From Rhynchobatus australiae (taxonomy: Eukaryota): a DNA stretch of 64,000 nt. The first letter of the stretch is position 1. Each line of letters opens with the position of its first letter. Shown here piece after piece: positions 25,101 to 39,509 of the stretch. A program made the position numbers and the translations under genes. The DNA is taken from NCBI GenBank assembly GCA_034780895.1, contig JAUZTB010000042.1, positions 30,301,714 to 30,365,713 on the forward strand. Reading direction: 5' to 3'. A model generated the notes under the pieces. That model was not told where the DNA came from. It saw only the letters and a list, made by a program, of their open reading frames with translations, and made no database searches.

Positions 25101-28100
25101 CATTATTATACTCAGAGGATAATCAATAGTGTGATGTCATTTTTCCACAGAATTAGTTCTGCAGCTAAGTGCTTTGTATTTCAGAATTAAAGTTAAATTA
25201 ATCTTTTTACCTAATACAAGGGGCTGAAATTAAGGTGCATTAGTTAAATTTGCTCCATTATCAATTACTAATATTGATTCAAAACTATTGCTTTCCCTAA
25301 GTTATTTCAAATAAGGCAGTTTTTGGTTACATCTTTTCCAGCTGCAAGTTTGAAAAATATGATCAAACAGTTTTACAGCTAATGAGTCAGTCTACTCCCT
25401 TCTGACTCAACTAGCCTATGGCCATTTCTATCTTACCTGAGGCCTTGGCGAGCCAAATCTAATACTTGAATTCATGTGCAGCACTGTCCATCAAGATATA
25501 ACAGAGCAATACCTAATCTAAGATTGTTTTGCTTTTGTAAGTGTACAGGGGATAATTAAAAAGTACATCTTGGTTTACATAGTTTTGACTGTGTAATTCT
25601 GATGTGATCAACATTCAACCCTTAAGAAAGAGAAGGGTCCTAGTGTGAGGAAATGTGAAAAACTTCCACATACTATTAAGTTTTGAGTTTAGTCAAAGCT
25701 GACATGAAAGATAAAAATGAGTTTGTCGGGGTGCAGAAGAAAGGTTGAGAAAAGAAACAGCAAGAACAGTCATTCACCGTATTACCACAGACATGAACAA
25801 AATTGTATGTTCTTTGAAAGAGAATGGGCAATTTTTTTAAACATTCTTCTATCAATAGCGAACCTTACGAACAGAAGAACATATTAGGTAATTTCTCTGC
25901 AGCATCAGTTGAATTTCTGATCAAATATTAGTGCCAAGTTGGAATAACTTACTTTCTAGACACTCAAATAGTTAATAAAGATTAAATAGATAAATATAAA
26001 AGGGATCTACATACATTTCAGCATTGATAGCACTCAGTTGGTAGGTTCTGGGTTCAAGCCTCACTCCAGATATTTGAGAATAAAAAAAAGAAAACAGTAA
26101 TTAAATGTTGCATTATTAATCTGTGTCCCCTGTCTTACAGCAGTTTTTTTCACTAAACCTGGGACTGTGAAGGGATTACAAAAAGGTAGATAGTAAAGTC
26201 TTTCAGAGGATGTGTTTCTCCCCAGGATAAAGTGGACAGACCAATGTTAATTGGGAAAAAAAAAGTGGTCAAGGTAGTGTCTTCTCCCTTCAAAAGACCC
26301 AACTGCTGAATGAGGTAGAAGTAAAATAATGTGGTTTCTTAATCTTCCTCTGTGGATTCTTGCGAGGACGTTCCTTCACCCTCTTCCTGCAAACAAAAAC
26401 AAATTTGTATTATGTCAGGCAACCCTTTTTAATAATATTGTCTTGCCCTCCCCTTCCACTGCAACCAGCTCTACAGGCAGTGCTGTTATTATTTTTAATT
26501 GCCAAAGTATTTCGGGAGGCCTCCAACCGGATATGCTTAACCACAGATTTCAGAGAGAGTGCATTGATTAAATTCCAGTTAAACCACAATAAATCTCCTA
26601 CAGCTGATGTCATTACCATGTCTTTGTGGAACTTAAAAGCCTTAAAAAGTTGTAAGGAAAATAGCAGGACATTATAAATTATTCAATCCATTTATCATAT
26701 GTTTGCAACATTAAATCTGGTTAGCATTCAACATTTACCCCTTAAAATAACTCCTCCAAAATGGCCCTTTGAAAAACATCAAAATATTTCACATTTATTT
26801 GCTAGAAAAAACTAAAGCAAAAGGCTGTATTATGTGGTTTAACATTTGTCACCTCATAAACTGAGAACTGCCAAGGATGACCACCTTAAAATGGCTTACA
26901 ACAGTTTCATAGTTAAATAGATTTGATTTTCCACATGGCTTCATTTTGTCTGGGTTGCTAGCTGACACAATTTATAACTCTCTTNNNNNNNNNNNNNNNN
27001 NNNNNNNNNNNNNNNNNNNNNNNNNNNNNNNNNNNNNNNNNNNNNNNNNNNNNNNNNNNNNNNNNNNNNNNNNNNNNNNNNNNNNNNNNNNNNNNNNNNN
27101 NNNNNNNNNNNNNNNNNNNNNNNNNNNNNNNNAAGAGCAGCATGGAGAAAAACACTAGGTTTTAATCACAGGCCACTGCTCTGCAATCCTCTTTTCAAAG
27201 GTTTCCATGATCCCAAAGACCAAAAAGGGTGTAAATCCAGGAAACAAACACACAGTATTAAATGAATGGAGGACAGTCGCAACATATTACTTTAGCTGCA
27301 TCCAGCCATCAGATTTCACACCACTTTTGTTTAGTCTGCTTTAGGTTATGTGGGAAATGTGGAGTGCATGAAGTGAAGGCCCCCTGCTAACCTAAGGGCC
27401 TCAAATATTTAAGCCAGTAGGCTAATGCCTCTTGACTAGGCAGCAGGCCATGACCCTGGGAGACTCTCTGGGGAACAAGCAACAGAGAAAGATGTAGCTT
27501 GATCAAAGCTTTAGCTGGGCTAAAGAGGGCAAAGTCAAGTGTCAGCTGCCCTATGCCCCAGCCTCTTCAATTTACATTTACATTCTAGAAAGACATGATT
27601 ATCCAGCAGATATGCATATTTCTTGCCCAGTACTAATAAGTCAATATAGCTTCCAGTCAAGACACTGACTGGTTCACCCAACTGCAATGAAACTGATAAC
27701 ATAATAATTCTGTTTCCAAGGGCTTGCACTTGACAGCTCAGGTCTGGCTTATTCACCAAAGACTAAGTGCCTCAGGATCAAACGGTCGATTAAACATCAA
27801 GGGGCTCTGGCATTAACTGTCTAAGATATTTTCTAGAATATTTCCCAAATGAAACAAAATTAAAACTTAGTGCTTCATTCATATTCTCAATTCTGGATGC
27901 ACCATGTGTATTACCAGCAAATTGAAAAGATGTAAGAGGAACACCCTTAGGCTAGAAGTTTCAGTTCACTTAATATTAACGAGTCTGACAGATTCTCTGT
28001 ACTCTTTTTGACCAAAGGTTTCTGCCAGGTAGCTGATATATAGCTTATACCTAGAATGGGTGCAACCATTCATTTAGTCTGTCTGCTCTAAAACAGTTCA

Positions 28101-28999
28101 TTTAAAATAGCCAGAGAATATGCTAGTGCTTTGAAATCACTTCCAATTGGCAGAGAAATAACGGCAAGCGTACCATCTGATAACTTCCCAGACAGCCATT
28201 TCAGGTAAGGTACATTATTGGCACAGGCACTGCAGATATGAATTACATTTGCTGTAAATTAGAAAATAATCTTTAGCAATAAAAAGGAAACTAAACTGTG
28301 GGAGACTTGGCCAATTTGCCAGCATTACTAGCAAGTTATATTTTGTCTAATTAGAACCTGCACCCTCCATGTTTCCTTTAATGGTGTAGACCTGGAACGG
28401 TTTAAGTCTCAAAACAAAATTGGTTGCCTTTTACTTTATAAGTGGGCTTTGAGCCACTAATGATCAACAGTCATAGATGCGAGGAGCTGAAATGAGTAAG
28501 AAAAGTTGTTGAAGAATGTAATTCAAAAGCAAAATACTATATTTTACGTTTGTGTTTAAGAATGTAATTTAGAGAATGAGGGCAATTTCAGCTGTATATT
28601 CTTACTACACCCTCTTTGTAATTCAATGTTTAGCACAATTAAACAGAGACCCACTAATCACAATGCTTTTCACAGATCATAAAGCACCATAAAGTAGAGA
28701 AGGCCATTTGGTTCATCAAGTCTACTCCATTTTATACAATTACTAAATCACGGATTATTTCTCTCATTCTCTCCATTTCAGTTTTTCATTCTTCCCAATT
28801 CATAGTTTTACAGGCATTTCAAACTGTTGCCATCAAGGAAAAGCTATCATTGAATGAACCCAAGTAGGACCCATTATTTCCCACCATAAACCATGGTGAT
28901 TGTGGGAGAAATTTAGATCAAGTTGTGGTGAACTGTATTCTCAAATTTAACTAACTTGTACAATTCAGACTTTTATGTAAAGTGAATTCATGTACATTT

Positions 29000-29650
29000 T
29001 AATGTGAATAACTTTTAATACTTTTGAGATGGAGAATAGAGAGACCTTAGAAAAGGTTCAGAGAAAGGTTAGCAGGTTACCTTTCAAAGGTCTTCAGTTA
29101 CCAGGATTGACAGAGAGCAGGGGCTTTATACTTCAGAAAAAAATGTTGACTTTGAAGAGGTAGGATTGAGGTCTTTAAAATAACGAAAGGATTAGACTTG
29201 CTCCAAGCAAATAGGCTATTTGAGCTTGATAGCTTAGGGAAGAACAAGGGATATAATAAGCATATAGTTAGATGCCAAGAGGCACTTCCTTTAGCAGAGA
29301 GTCAGTGACCTCTGGAATAAGTTGCTGGCACAAGCAGCAAGTGTATATATGCAGAAAGCTGAAAATGTTGCCTTTACTCTCTAGGCCATTGAGAAAATTA
29401 GCACACGAAGATTTAATTAATTTAAGAAAATGGAGATTGGTGGGTCATGGGCGGTCATTACTTAGGTATGGTGATATTCTAAAAACTTGCTCAACTGACT
29501 TCGGGCACTTTTTAGAAAAGAAACCTCTGTCAGGAGATTGTGCGGCTACCCGCGGGTTCGGAATGGGAACAGATGATGGCGTACATGTGTTACATCATGC
29601 CAGCATAGGATAAGCCTGATAGGCCAGTCACATCTTATCCTGTGGAAGAT
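29000..29650 (+). mobile_element. CR1-type LINE 3' region relic
   Basis: 'LEKVQRK', 'IEVFKITKGLD' and 'FFS.RV...WN'-like segments; ends in a ggataag...cttatcc hairpin. Confidence 0.6.
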
Positions 29651-30384
29651 ATTATGGGTTACAAGTAGGAAACCTCCTGGTTGAGAGACCGCAATTCCAT
29701 GTGTTCGTCTTCCTTGGAATGAATTCAATTCACTTTATTTCAGGAACTCCATTTTCTAAACTATTTTTATTTCTAGGTTATTATATCTGGGCAGAAGATA
29801 TGTCCTACTCTTCAGAGGTCATCTGAAGCAGATGCTGGGAAGTGTCTCAGACAGGCCCAAGGACAGCTTCCTCACTGAGCCTCCTGTGCCCTTGCTACCA
29901 GTGGAAAATCCAGCCAAAATATCTACTGCTTATGATAGAGCTTATGATCATGTGGAATGTGTGTGAAGATGCTATATGTCTTAGTTGATTAAGCATCTCT
30001 CCCTACCTTGGTTGCTTCTCAGTACTAAGTCCAGCAATTACTTTATAACAAAAAGATCATTTAACCTGTTCATTTAAAAAATACCATCACACAAATCCAA
30101 ATAGAGAGGCTCTCCGATACTTAATCACAGAGCTTCTTAATGACTTGGACAGGTAGTGCAAGTGAAATTGCTTTGACTACATTTTGTTACAGGATTTAAT
30201 TAACAATATGGAAAAGCTACAAATGTTCAATGAAAGATTTAACGGGCTGAGTAAAGGAGAAACAAAACATGGGGGTCAAAATTCTTGGAAATGGGAGGGT
30301 GGTAGGTGGAGATCGGTTGTCACAGACTCCTGTTCAAATCTGATGTTTAATTGGGGAAAAAATTAAAAAGCTACCAATCAAAAG

Positions 30385-30650
30385 AGGTGTGCACGGCAAA
30401 GATTTTTTCCCCCCAACATAGAGAGTGGTGGGTGCCTGGAATGTGCTGCCTGGGGTGGTGGTGGAGGCAAATATGATAGGGGTGTCAAAGAGGCTATTAG
30501 AAAGACACATGAACATTCAGGAACTGGAAGGCTATGGATGTTTTGTAGGCAGAAGGGATTAGTCTAGTTGGGCATTTGATTACTAATTTAATTTAGCACA
30601 ACATTGTGGGCCAAAGGGCCTGTTCCTGTGCTGCACTGTTCTATCTGTTC
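30385..30650 (+). mobile_element. CR1/HER1-like LINE 3' end
   Basis: 'RVVGAWNVLPGVVVEANMIG..KRLLERHM', followed by the tail gggccaaagggcctgttcctgtgctgcactgttctat. Confidence 0.9.
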
Positions 30651-31229
30651 ACCCAGCTATGGACTCTAGAAATTTTCCTTGAAGGTTTCATCCCTACTTT
30701 TCCAGCACGAACAAAGCCCTGTTGCAGTATGGCTCAGACTGTGTTAGAAGCCTTTAAACATTTCACCAAATGGACAACTCCATATATCAGCCTGGATACC
30801 AGTGACCTGTACAAAGAGGAGAACAGCCAAACCCAATAATGTTTTCACCCAATACTTGTGTTTACACCCCAATAAAGGGTGGCTAGATGGTGATCAGTGT
30901 GGTTCCCACCCACCGCCACCATCCCCCCACCCTGCCTCAAACCCAAAAGGGAAGACATTCAATTCCAATTCCTAAGGTATTTCCCCACCTGAGAGCAGGT
31001 AATTAAGAGATGAATCTTCGAGCCCACATCGTATTACACCTTACAGTGCCTTTATTTACAGAGTAATTGAAAGAATTAGGACACTAAGATTTAATTAAAG
31101 AAAACAGTATTGGCTCACCATTTCTGGGTTACTTGATGTCCCTCTGTTTCATTTATCCATTCCTTATTTTATCCTTTACAACACACTCAATCGTTGACAT
31201 TTCTTAAAAGAATGCATTAGAATGGGTGA

Positions 31230-31860
31230 TCAAGGGTTAACGTTGCAATGAAGTCAGGGAGCAGGAATTTTAGGAGGCCTTTTCAGAGCATGTTCCCAAG
31301 GCAGCTGAATGACACCCATGGTGAGATGAAGGGGAAATTTGGTGTTGGGGGAAGAACTAAAGAAGGGAAGAATAATTTGGAAGCATTGTCAGAGTGAGGA
31401 AGGACAAAAACAATTTTAAAACATACAGTATATGATAATTTTATATCTGTGGCACTGGGGCCACTGATGAATGAGTGGCCCATGCTGCAGAATGGACTGG
31501 GGCAGTGGAGAGTTGGATTTGAAGGCTGCAGTTTGCCAAAACAACATGCAAGCAATCTGATTCAGTGACAATGGATAGCAATGGAACTGGTGATGGGGAT
31601 AACAAGTGTCAAAGGTTATGGGTATGGTTTTACCAGTGTTAGCTGGAATAACATTGGATGTTTGACAGGATAGAAGCATTAGTGGATGAGGTAGTACAGC
31701 GTGTTACTATCACACGAGGATTATGGCTCTATGCCCATACATGATATCAAGTAAACGAGGAAGAAGGGGTAATGAGAAAAGATCCTCGGAGGTTTGCTGA
31801 AATGTCAAACCAGAAGTGGTTGAAGAAACCAAAGTGGGAAAGAGATGCTGTGGCTACAAG
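31230..31860 (-). mobile_element. Probable L2-type LINE relic
   Basis: Purine-rich plus strand similar to the copy at 59050-59520. No intact motif. Confidence 0.35.
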
Positions 31861-33749
31861 TGGACAGGTAACAGAAACATTCTATGACACACTTGCTGTA
31901 CTGTGACCATGTTCACAGTACATGGGACGCCAAACCGCCTTCCCCACCTCGCCATAGGCTAGCCGGGAACTTGTTTGTATAAAAGCAAATGTTTACGTTT
32001 AGTCTATGCTTCCGAGGCAGTTCATTAAAAAGACCAGCATCCAGATGGTGCCTTCAGGGGTGCCTTTAGAGCCAATTTGTACACAGCAAAACCCATCAAA
32101 CAGCATTGTGATAATGTCCATATAAAACTGTCTTAGTGATTTTGGTGGGGGGAATGTGTTGACCAAGACTCCAGAATAATTAATTTGTCCTATATCAGAT
32201 TGGCATACAGAGCCTTGGGAAGGCATGCAAAGCTTCTTCACCTTATCCAAATGGTGGTTACTCAAAACTGCAGCTCAGAGTACTGCACTGCAGGTCACAC
32301 CGTGATTACCTGCTCAGGTTCCTCAAAGCAGGTTGGACACTCAGATTTCTGACTCAGGGAATAACACTGTCACTGAACCAAGTCCAACACTTTAGACTTT
32401 AAAACATGTAAAACATACTGAAAAAGGGATCATGCTTGTGAAATTCAGTTGAGTCTGTGAAATGATGCAGACACAATAAAGGTAGATCTGATACTACTAA
32501 ATTAAGAGTACAGTTTAAAAGACACCATCGATTTAAACATCAGACCACTGGTTTCCAATCTCTTGGTATGATCATCCAACTAGTTGATGCAGTAGCATAT
32601 GTGCTCCTTCTCTCTCAACACACACACAAATGCCTGATGTTGTCAGAGGTCACTCTTGAATGGTCTGCAACTGTCCCAAGGTTTCTTGGATATTTCTAGC
32701 ATCTTCACAATTAGGAGAGGTAGCATGCCAGTATATTTCTTTATTTACATTTACTTCCTTCATTAACGTTCTAAAGTGACCTCAGTACCTCTAAAGACTC
32801 TCAAGACCCCGTGTAATCTTCTTCCCCACCACCACCTGACTAATGAGAAGTTGGATACCTCAAGTTGGGAACCGTTACATTAAACCAAATGAAAAAGAAC
32901 TGTAATTACATTTTGACACAAATCAAATAGTTTGTGAAGAATGTTGGTTAATGGGATAGAGCTGTGAAACACGGATATGGAAATGTTAAATCTTAGCTGG
33001 AAGGGGCCTTGGATGGGGTTTCAGGGAAATATCTTCTGAATAAGTCACACAGAGTTNNNNNNNNNNNNNNNNNNNNNNNNNNNNNNNNNNNNNNNNNNNN
33101 NNNNNNNNNNNNNNNNNNNNNNNNNNNNNNNNNNNNNNNNNNNNNNNNNNNNNNNNNNNNNNNNNNNNNNNNNNNNNNNNNNNNNNNNNNNNNNNNNNNN
33201 NNNNNNNNNNNNNNNNNNNNNNNNNNNNNNNNNNNNNNNNNNNNNNNNNNNNNNNNNNNNNNNNNNNNNNNNNNNNNNNNNNNNNNNNNNNNNNNNNNNN
33301 NNNTACATTTTAACACAACCCACCCAGTGTGAAGGGTCATTAAAAGGACAGAGAGGTCTTGGGTTGAAGTCTCAATGCATTAATGCCTCCGCTATCCCTG
33401 TGACTGAAACATTCAGTAAAACAGATACAGGATAATTGACTACCCCAGGCACCTAAGGAGCAATACTTCATTTAAAAAAAACATGCCCAGTAATTGTAAC
33501 ATCTGAACTCAGTCCAACAATGCCAGGACAACCTTAGAGTGGCCAGAAGAGGTCTAATTTTGTTAAGGTTTCTTTCCAGACCAGGAGCAGAAACACTGTC
33601 TGGAACATTCAGGATTCTACTCCCATTCACCATTCCCATGGTCACTCTGTGCCTAATGCCAAGGAAGTCCAGGCATCAGATGACTTTCCATAGGAGTCCC
33701 CTCCTGCTCCAAATGTGCATGAGTTAACTTCAACCCCACTAAGTATTTA

Positions 33750-34370
33750 AATGAGCAATTGGGAAGGCAAAAAATACATTGGCCTCATTGCAAGAGAATT
33801 TGGGCACAAGGATAGAGGTATCTTGGACCAAATCCATGGCGCCACTGAGACTCCACCTGGAATACTGCATTCAACTCTATGGAAGGATGCATTTATGTTG
33901 TAAGGAGTGCTTTGAAGGTTCACTAGATTGATTCCTAGGATGGTAGGTTTGTTGCATGAGAAAAGATTAAGCGTACTGGGTCTATATTCACTAGAGTTGG
34001 GAAGAATGTGAGGTAATCTCATTGAAATGTACAAATTTCTTATGGAGTGTGGCAGGGTAAATGCAGAGAAGCTATTTCCTCAGGCTGGGCTGTCTAGTAC
34101 CAGGGATCACAGTGCAAAAATGAAAGGTTGACCATTCAGGATTGAGACGTGAAGGAATTTCTTCACCCAGAGGGTAGTGAGTCTTCAATATTCCTCATCC
34201 AAGAAGACTGTAATAGTGTAAGTTCAACATGTTCAAGAAAGATATATGCATAGATACTAAGGAAATCAAGTGATATGGGTTAGTGCAGGAAAAAGGCACT
34301 GAGGGAAAAGATCAGTCACAATCTTATTGAATAGCAGAGCAGGGGGTCAAAAGGTCCACTCCATGTTTGA
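33750..34370 (+). mobile_element. CR1 LINE 3' fragment
   Basis: 'HLEYCI', 'RFTRLIPRMVGLLHEKRLSVLGLYSLE..RM*GNLIEMYK' and 'RNFFTQRVV'. Confidence 0.9.
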
Positions 34371-34459
34371 CGTTATCCAGTACTGGAATTACCATTTGAC
34401 AGACATTTTAACTAGTCTGTTCTGTTAGGACTAATCCAATCTCCTGGAGGAATTCAGTG

Positions 34460-34575
34460 ATCAACCCGAAATGTTGACAGTTCCTTTTCCTCCCACAGAT
34501 GCTGCCTGACCTGCTGAGTTCCTCCAGCAGACTGTTTGTTGCTCCAGATTCCAGCATCTGTAGTCTCTTCTCTCT
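34460..34575 (+). repeat. Penelope terminal-repeat copy (5' truncated)
   Basis: acccgaaatgttgacagttcc...gatgctgcctgacctgctgagttcctccagcag, the same family as 1900-2011 and 2674-2797. Confidence 0.8.
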
Positions 34576-35550
34576 CTGTTAGAACTATGCTGGGCAAATG
34601 GGTCCAAACAAGGAGCAATTTTCATAAATGGCATTGTGTATTATGTATGCAATGACGGGTATCTATAACATGTGATGGAATTTTTCACTCTGACCTTTTT
34701 AATGCCATTACAGAGAGATGCCACATTAGTGATCTTCCACGTTGAACACTATCCTATGCATAGCTAAAAGGCTTGGCAATATTCCAGCCAAGTTTGTTTC
34801 ATCAAATTGGAATGATTTGTGTCTATGCAGTTAAATAAGTTGATATGCAAGCACAAGCACTTCAACTAGTGTTAGCAGTTGACTCAATGAGAGAGACTGA
34901 TCACAAAGCAGTGATCAACATGAGGACAGATGATTTCTACCATTATTTTGGAGCTGTAGGGACTTGGTTCTACCCTTGCTAAGGAGTAGTTGGTCTGACC
35001 TTGCCCAGCACAAAAGGATGTTTGTGATTATCAGGCATTGAGCTGGCAGGCTGTAGATACCAAATACCCCAAAATCAGCCTGCTACAGCCCACAGGGGTT
35101 GGGATGGGGGAATCTGGGTTATGGGTAGCACAGCAAGAGCAGCCCAAAGTAGGAGTAATTCTCTGGGCCTCTCAAAACTTAGAGGCAAGGCCAAGTTATC
35201 ATTTGTGGGAAACATCACAATACACAACTGAACCATTTCCTACCTAAAACTGGTACCATTAGCCCACTGAAATCAGTCTTCAAACTATACAATCTAATTT
35301 AGGTGCTGTGCCATTAACCTCTGAAATGGGCTTGGCCACAATATTGGAGTTCGTGTGTCATTATCTATCTATCTATCTATATTTAAAAGAAATTAAGAAA
35401 TAATTATTATACACCAAGCATTTTTCTCATACTCACTGTACGGATTAACATTTGTTCACACTTTAACTTCGCTAACAGAATGTGGTGGATTAGAATGAAT
35501 TATTTTAATGCAAACAATGCGTGGAAATTCTAACAGCAGATTAAAAATGT

Positions 35551-35690
35551 TAAGACAACAAAAAGAGACTACAGATGCTGGAACCTGGAACAAAAAAAGT
35601 GAATGCTGGAAGAACTCAGTGAGTCAGGCAGCATCTATGGAGGCAAAAGATTTACGTCGACATTTTAGGTCAAGACCCTGCATCATCCTG
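35551..35690 (-). repeat. Penelope terminal-repeat copy
   Basis: Antisense reads atgatgcagggtcttgacctaaaatgtcgac...gatgctgcctgactcactgagttcttccagca. Confidence 0.8.
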
Positions 35691-36814
35691 GTGTACATTG
35701 TCGACCAAAGATTGTTAGTTCTATGTAGTGATATCAAAATAAGACAAGCTAGCAAAATAATGAAAGTGCAGGATCAGTTACATATTGCTCATATTTAAGC
35801 TACAAATGTCCCAGTTTACCCTCAATTACATAGCAACTTATTGATTACATTCTCTCTCACAGAATTGAACTGGAACAATGATGTAAATTGTTTGCCGGGC
35901 AGAATCTGTACTGTGTACTGCCCACAAAACTTTTATTGTAACCCCTTATAAGGAATTTAAAATTGAATTAAGACTCAAGCCTGTGATCTTTAATCTAGGG
36001 AAGCCAGCTTCCAGACAGTTGTCAGAGCGGTTGTTGAGGGACAAGCAAAAAGGGCAAATAACCCCAACTTATCAGAAACCTGCTGGATCTTATCAAGTAT
36101 CATGACGATTCCTGACCTCTGGACAGGAAGCTAAGGCACCTACACTCAGCCAATAAGCCTCTTCACTAAACATACAGTTCAGTTTTTGTGCGGGAAGGAT
36201 ACTAAGATTCTCCCAGCGAAATGAAGAGAAAACCAGAATTTGCTGGAAAGATGAAGGAATACAAGTAAATATTTTTAAGTAAATTTCCATTGCAGGCATG
36301 TCATCCCTCACTTCTTCTCTTCTCCAAGGTACAACTTCAAGTGCACGCGTTCCCCTCTGATACTTTACCCATGAAAAGCTGCAATGTCTCTTGCCCCGGA
36401 TTCCCACCATCCACAGACTATCAGGAGCCATGTGACTTTTTGGAGACCAGGAGTGGACCAGCAGCATCTTAATGATGTGTGGAGTCCACATACCTTGAGT
36501 CCACTCTCCCCTTAGAAGCCTCAACACATCTGAAGCCCTGCCCATGTAGTTGCCCATAAGGCATTGCAACTAGCTAGTTGAAGGGTAAGGTGAGTGATAC
36601 AAGTGACAATGGCCTCCAGATTAAAAATGATTAATAAAGCAGGATTCTTTATATAAAAAGATAAAAATTTAAGAATTCTGATTAACTTTCTTTCATATTT
36701 GGACTTGTATTTTGATAGGGAACAACAATAACTTAATTGGGAGAACTGGGTGGGAGCATTACCAAAGCAGTCAGTGAGAGGGAACCTGATAAATGCATGT
36801 AATGAAACATCATA

Positions 36815-37180
36815 TTTAGCTCAGAGCTGATGGTTCAAGCTCCACCACAATGACTTGAACACAAAAAGCAAGGCTGACATACTGATCCCCTGGTGAGAGA
36901 GTTAGAGATCCCAGCATTTGGACAAGATGTTAAATTGATATCTCATCTGATCTTTAAAGACTAATTCTAATACAGAGTGTGAGAGTTATCCCAGTCCTGG
37001 CCAAAATGTCTTACTCATTCAACATCATTCAACACAAAGTGTTTCTGCATACTACCTCATCGCTGCTTGGGATAGGCTGCTGCGTACAAACAATGATGAA
37101 AACTGCTTCATTGTCTCAAAATTGCTTTGGAACGTTGAGAGTTGTGAAATGTGTTGTGGAAAGGCAAGTCTTTCTTTATC
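36815..37180 (+). mobile_element. Deu-domain (SacSINE1-like) SINE
   Basis: B-box-like ggttcaagc, body 'gagttatcccagtcctggccaa' and tail 'gctttggaacgttgagagttgtgaaa...gcaagtctttcttt'. Confidence 0.6.
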
Positions 37181-39509
37181 TCTATTAATGTTGATGCAGC
37201 TCTCTTACTGGATTCAGTGACTTCCTTGATACAGCTCTATCAATGACGGTAGCAGTGGTAACAGTGAAACAAAAATAGTGACAGATTGGAAAAGGGGAAG
37301 TCAATTCTGTTTTATATACGTCCTTTCCCTCTCCCAGAGAGAAAAGGAGAAGGTCTTATCACCAAGTTGAGTGTAATAATGGAGATCTTTCTTAAAGACA
37401 CACTGCATCTAATCTTTTGCTTTAAATTGCAGTCTGCCAATTGTGCATACGAAATGAAATGGTCGCTACAATGAGCTCCAGTGAAGCTTGAAAAGTGAGC
37501 AACCAACTGACCCAGCCAACAGTCTGCAACCTTAATTGGCCCTCTCCCACAAGAAATGATCATGAAATATGCACAGCACATCAGATCAACTCCCAAAGTA
37601 CATTTCAAACATAAACCTAACCAAAAAATTTCAAAACTCAAATAGTTACAAGATAGTGCAATAGCAATTTAAATAAATCATGATAAAAGTAAATCAAATG
37701 CAGCTATACATTAAAATGGAAGATAAAAGGTGGCAAAGGCTAATACTGCAAAATAAGAGGATCAACAATAGTGTAAATTATCTCCAGTTAACATTATAAG
37801 TATTGGAATAGACTGTTCAAATTTATTACATAAATTAAAAATAAACAATACAACAAACCAAACAGGCAGTATCTCTTAACTACCTGGAGCTGTTCATGAG
37901 TATCATTTATTGCAAACAGCATTTATTTGTCAATTTGAACTAATGTGTGACCAACTATTCAAAGCCCTTACACTCCAGTGCAAAATCCCACATGATTTCA
38001 AAACACCATTGATGGTATCTGAAAAATGAACTTTGCTATTCTTAGCTCCAAAGTACTCTTCAATGCTTCCAGGAAATCATAGCTTGCCTTTCCTTTACTT
38101 CAATAAAACTAAGTCAGGATTGCTGTTTTTGACGACCACTACTGGAATGTGTGTGTGTATATAGGTGTAGGTGGAACTTGTGCTTGGCTGAGATGACTCT
38201 TCTGTACAAATATCTGATTTGCTGTCTTGCTCTTTGAGTTTCCCTCTGCTTGCACATGAGCAATGGTCCTAAATCCAGCTCTGCAATCACTTGAACCAAT
38301 GAGGTTACCTTCAGCTGAAAATCCACACTTGGATAATTCTTTAATGCAATCAGGTGTGCATAAACTCAATAGGCTACAAGATCTAAAGCTTGTTCGAGTT
38401 ATTTGTCTCTATGATGCATGGGAAATTAAGATCAATGAAAAGTTCCTACAACAGATGATTTTATTTTAAATCAGATGTTTATCCAGGAAATTACTGGGGA
38501 GAAGCTACCTTAACTCTCCTGCAGCCAATTAAAATTACACAACTGCCATGACTGTTGCTGTGTGCTGGCTAAGGCAGCGTTGAGGTCACTGGCTCAAAGC
38601 CTTTTAATGTACTCCTGTTGAATCCTATTCGTGATCTGACTCCAGTTTTTGCTGAGAGTCCTGAGCAAGAAACTACATGCAAGCTTCCTGCTTGGAGTCA
38701 CAAGAGGCCTCTCAGGGTAAATACAATACTTAAAAGAAAGCCTTGTGGGGCCAGGAGAGCAAATATGCTTTTCTGGGACAAAGAAGAAAATCTTAAATTT
38801 TCTCCATCACAATACTGCATCCCTACAAAGTGTCTGGGTTCTGTGCAACACCTCGGCAGCTCATCCTGTGCACCTAACTGCTTGCTGTGTGGCCTGTGGG
38901 CCATATCAGTTTCTGGCTTTTAGCATGGTTCCCTTGTGCTTTGAATGTCAAATACATCTGCCTGATTCCAACCTTTCAGATCCCATCAGGTTTCTGATTT
39001 AATGATCATTATAATCGAAAAAACTGCTACAGAGACACAGGTCACCAGCCCCAAAAAGTATGGGGTAAATATACCACTAAGAAAATGAGACCAAGCATTA
39101 TGATCTTACAGGTCTAAATGCACCTTAAGGCACTTCATGGTTGATCCTGCCTTTCTTGCTGGTATTTGCGAATGTAATTTAACTCCTGGTGGGACTGCAG
39201 TGTTGTTCTACCGAGATCATCTACAGTGTTGTTCAATTGTGAGAAAAACTGTAAGCAATGATGACTCAAATTCAACCAGGCCATAAATGCATACATCCTA
39301 CAGGCAGTGAAGGGAAAATGAAACATACTGTGTGGAATGCAACAACCAAATTCAATGGTTAAATTGCATCATGATTTTTATTGAAGAAGTGTTCAGGAAG
39401 TGTAACTTCAAATAAAAAGAAACTGCAGATACTGGAAGTCTGAAATAAAAGAATCAGAGTGGAAAAAACTTCAGAGTTAATGTTTCAAGTCCAAAATTCT
39501 CTTTCAGAA

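Noticed and set aside
36093-36569. 158-aa minus-strand ORF
   Set aside because: No recognisable domain, splice context or start context; probably a chance ORF.
38300-38369. 'FSAEG' plus GT, resembling the FN3 'YSAEE' exon end
   Set aside because: The upstream translation has no FN3 features.
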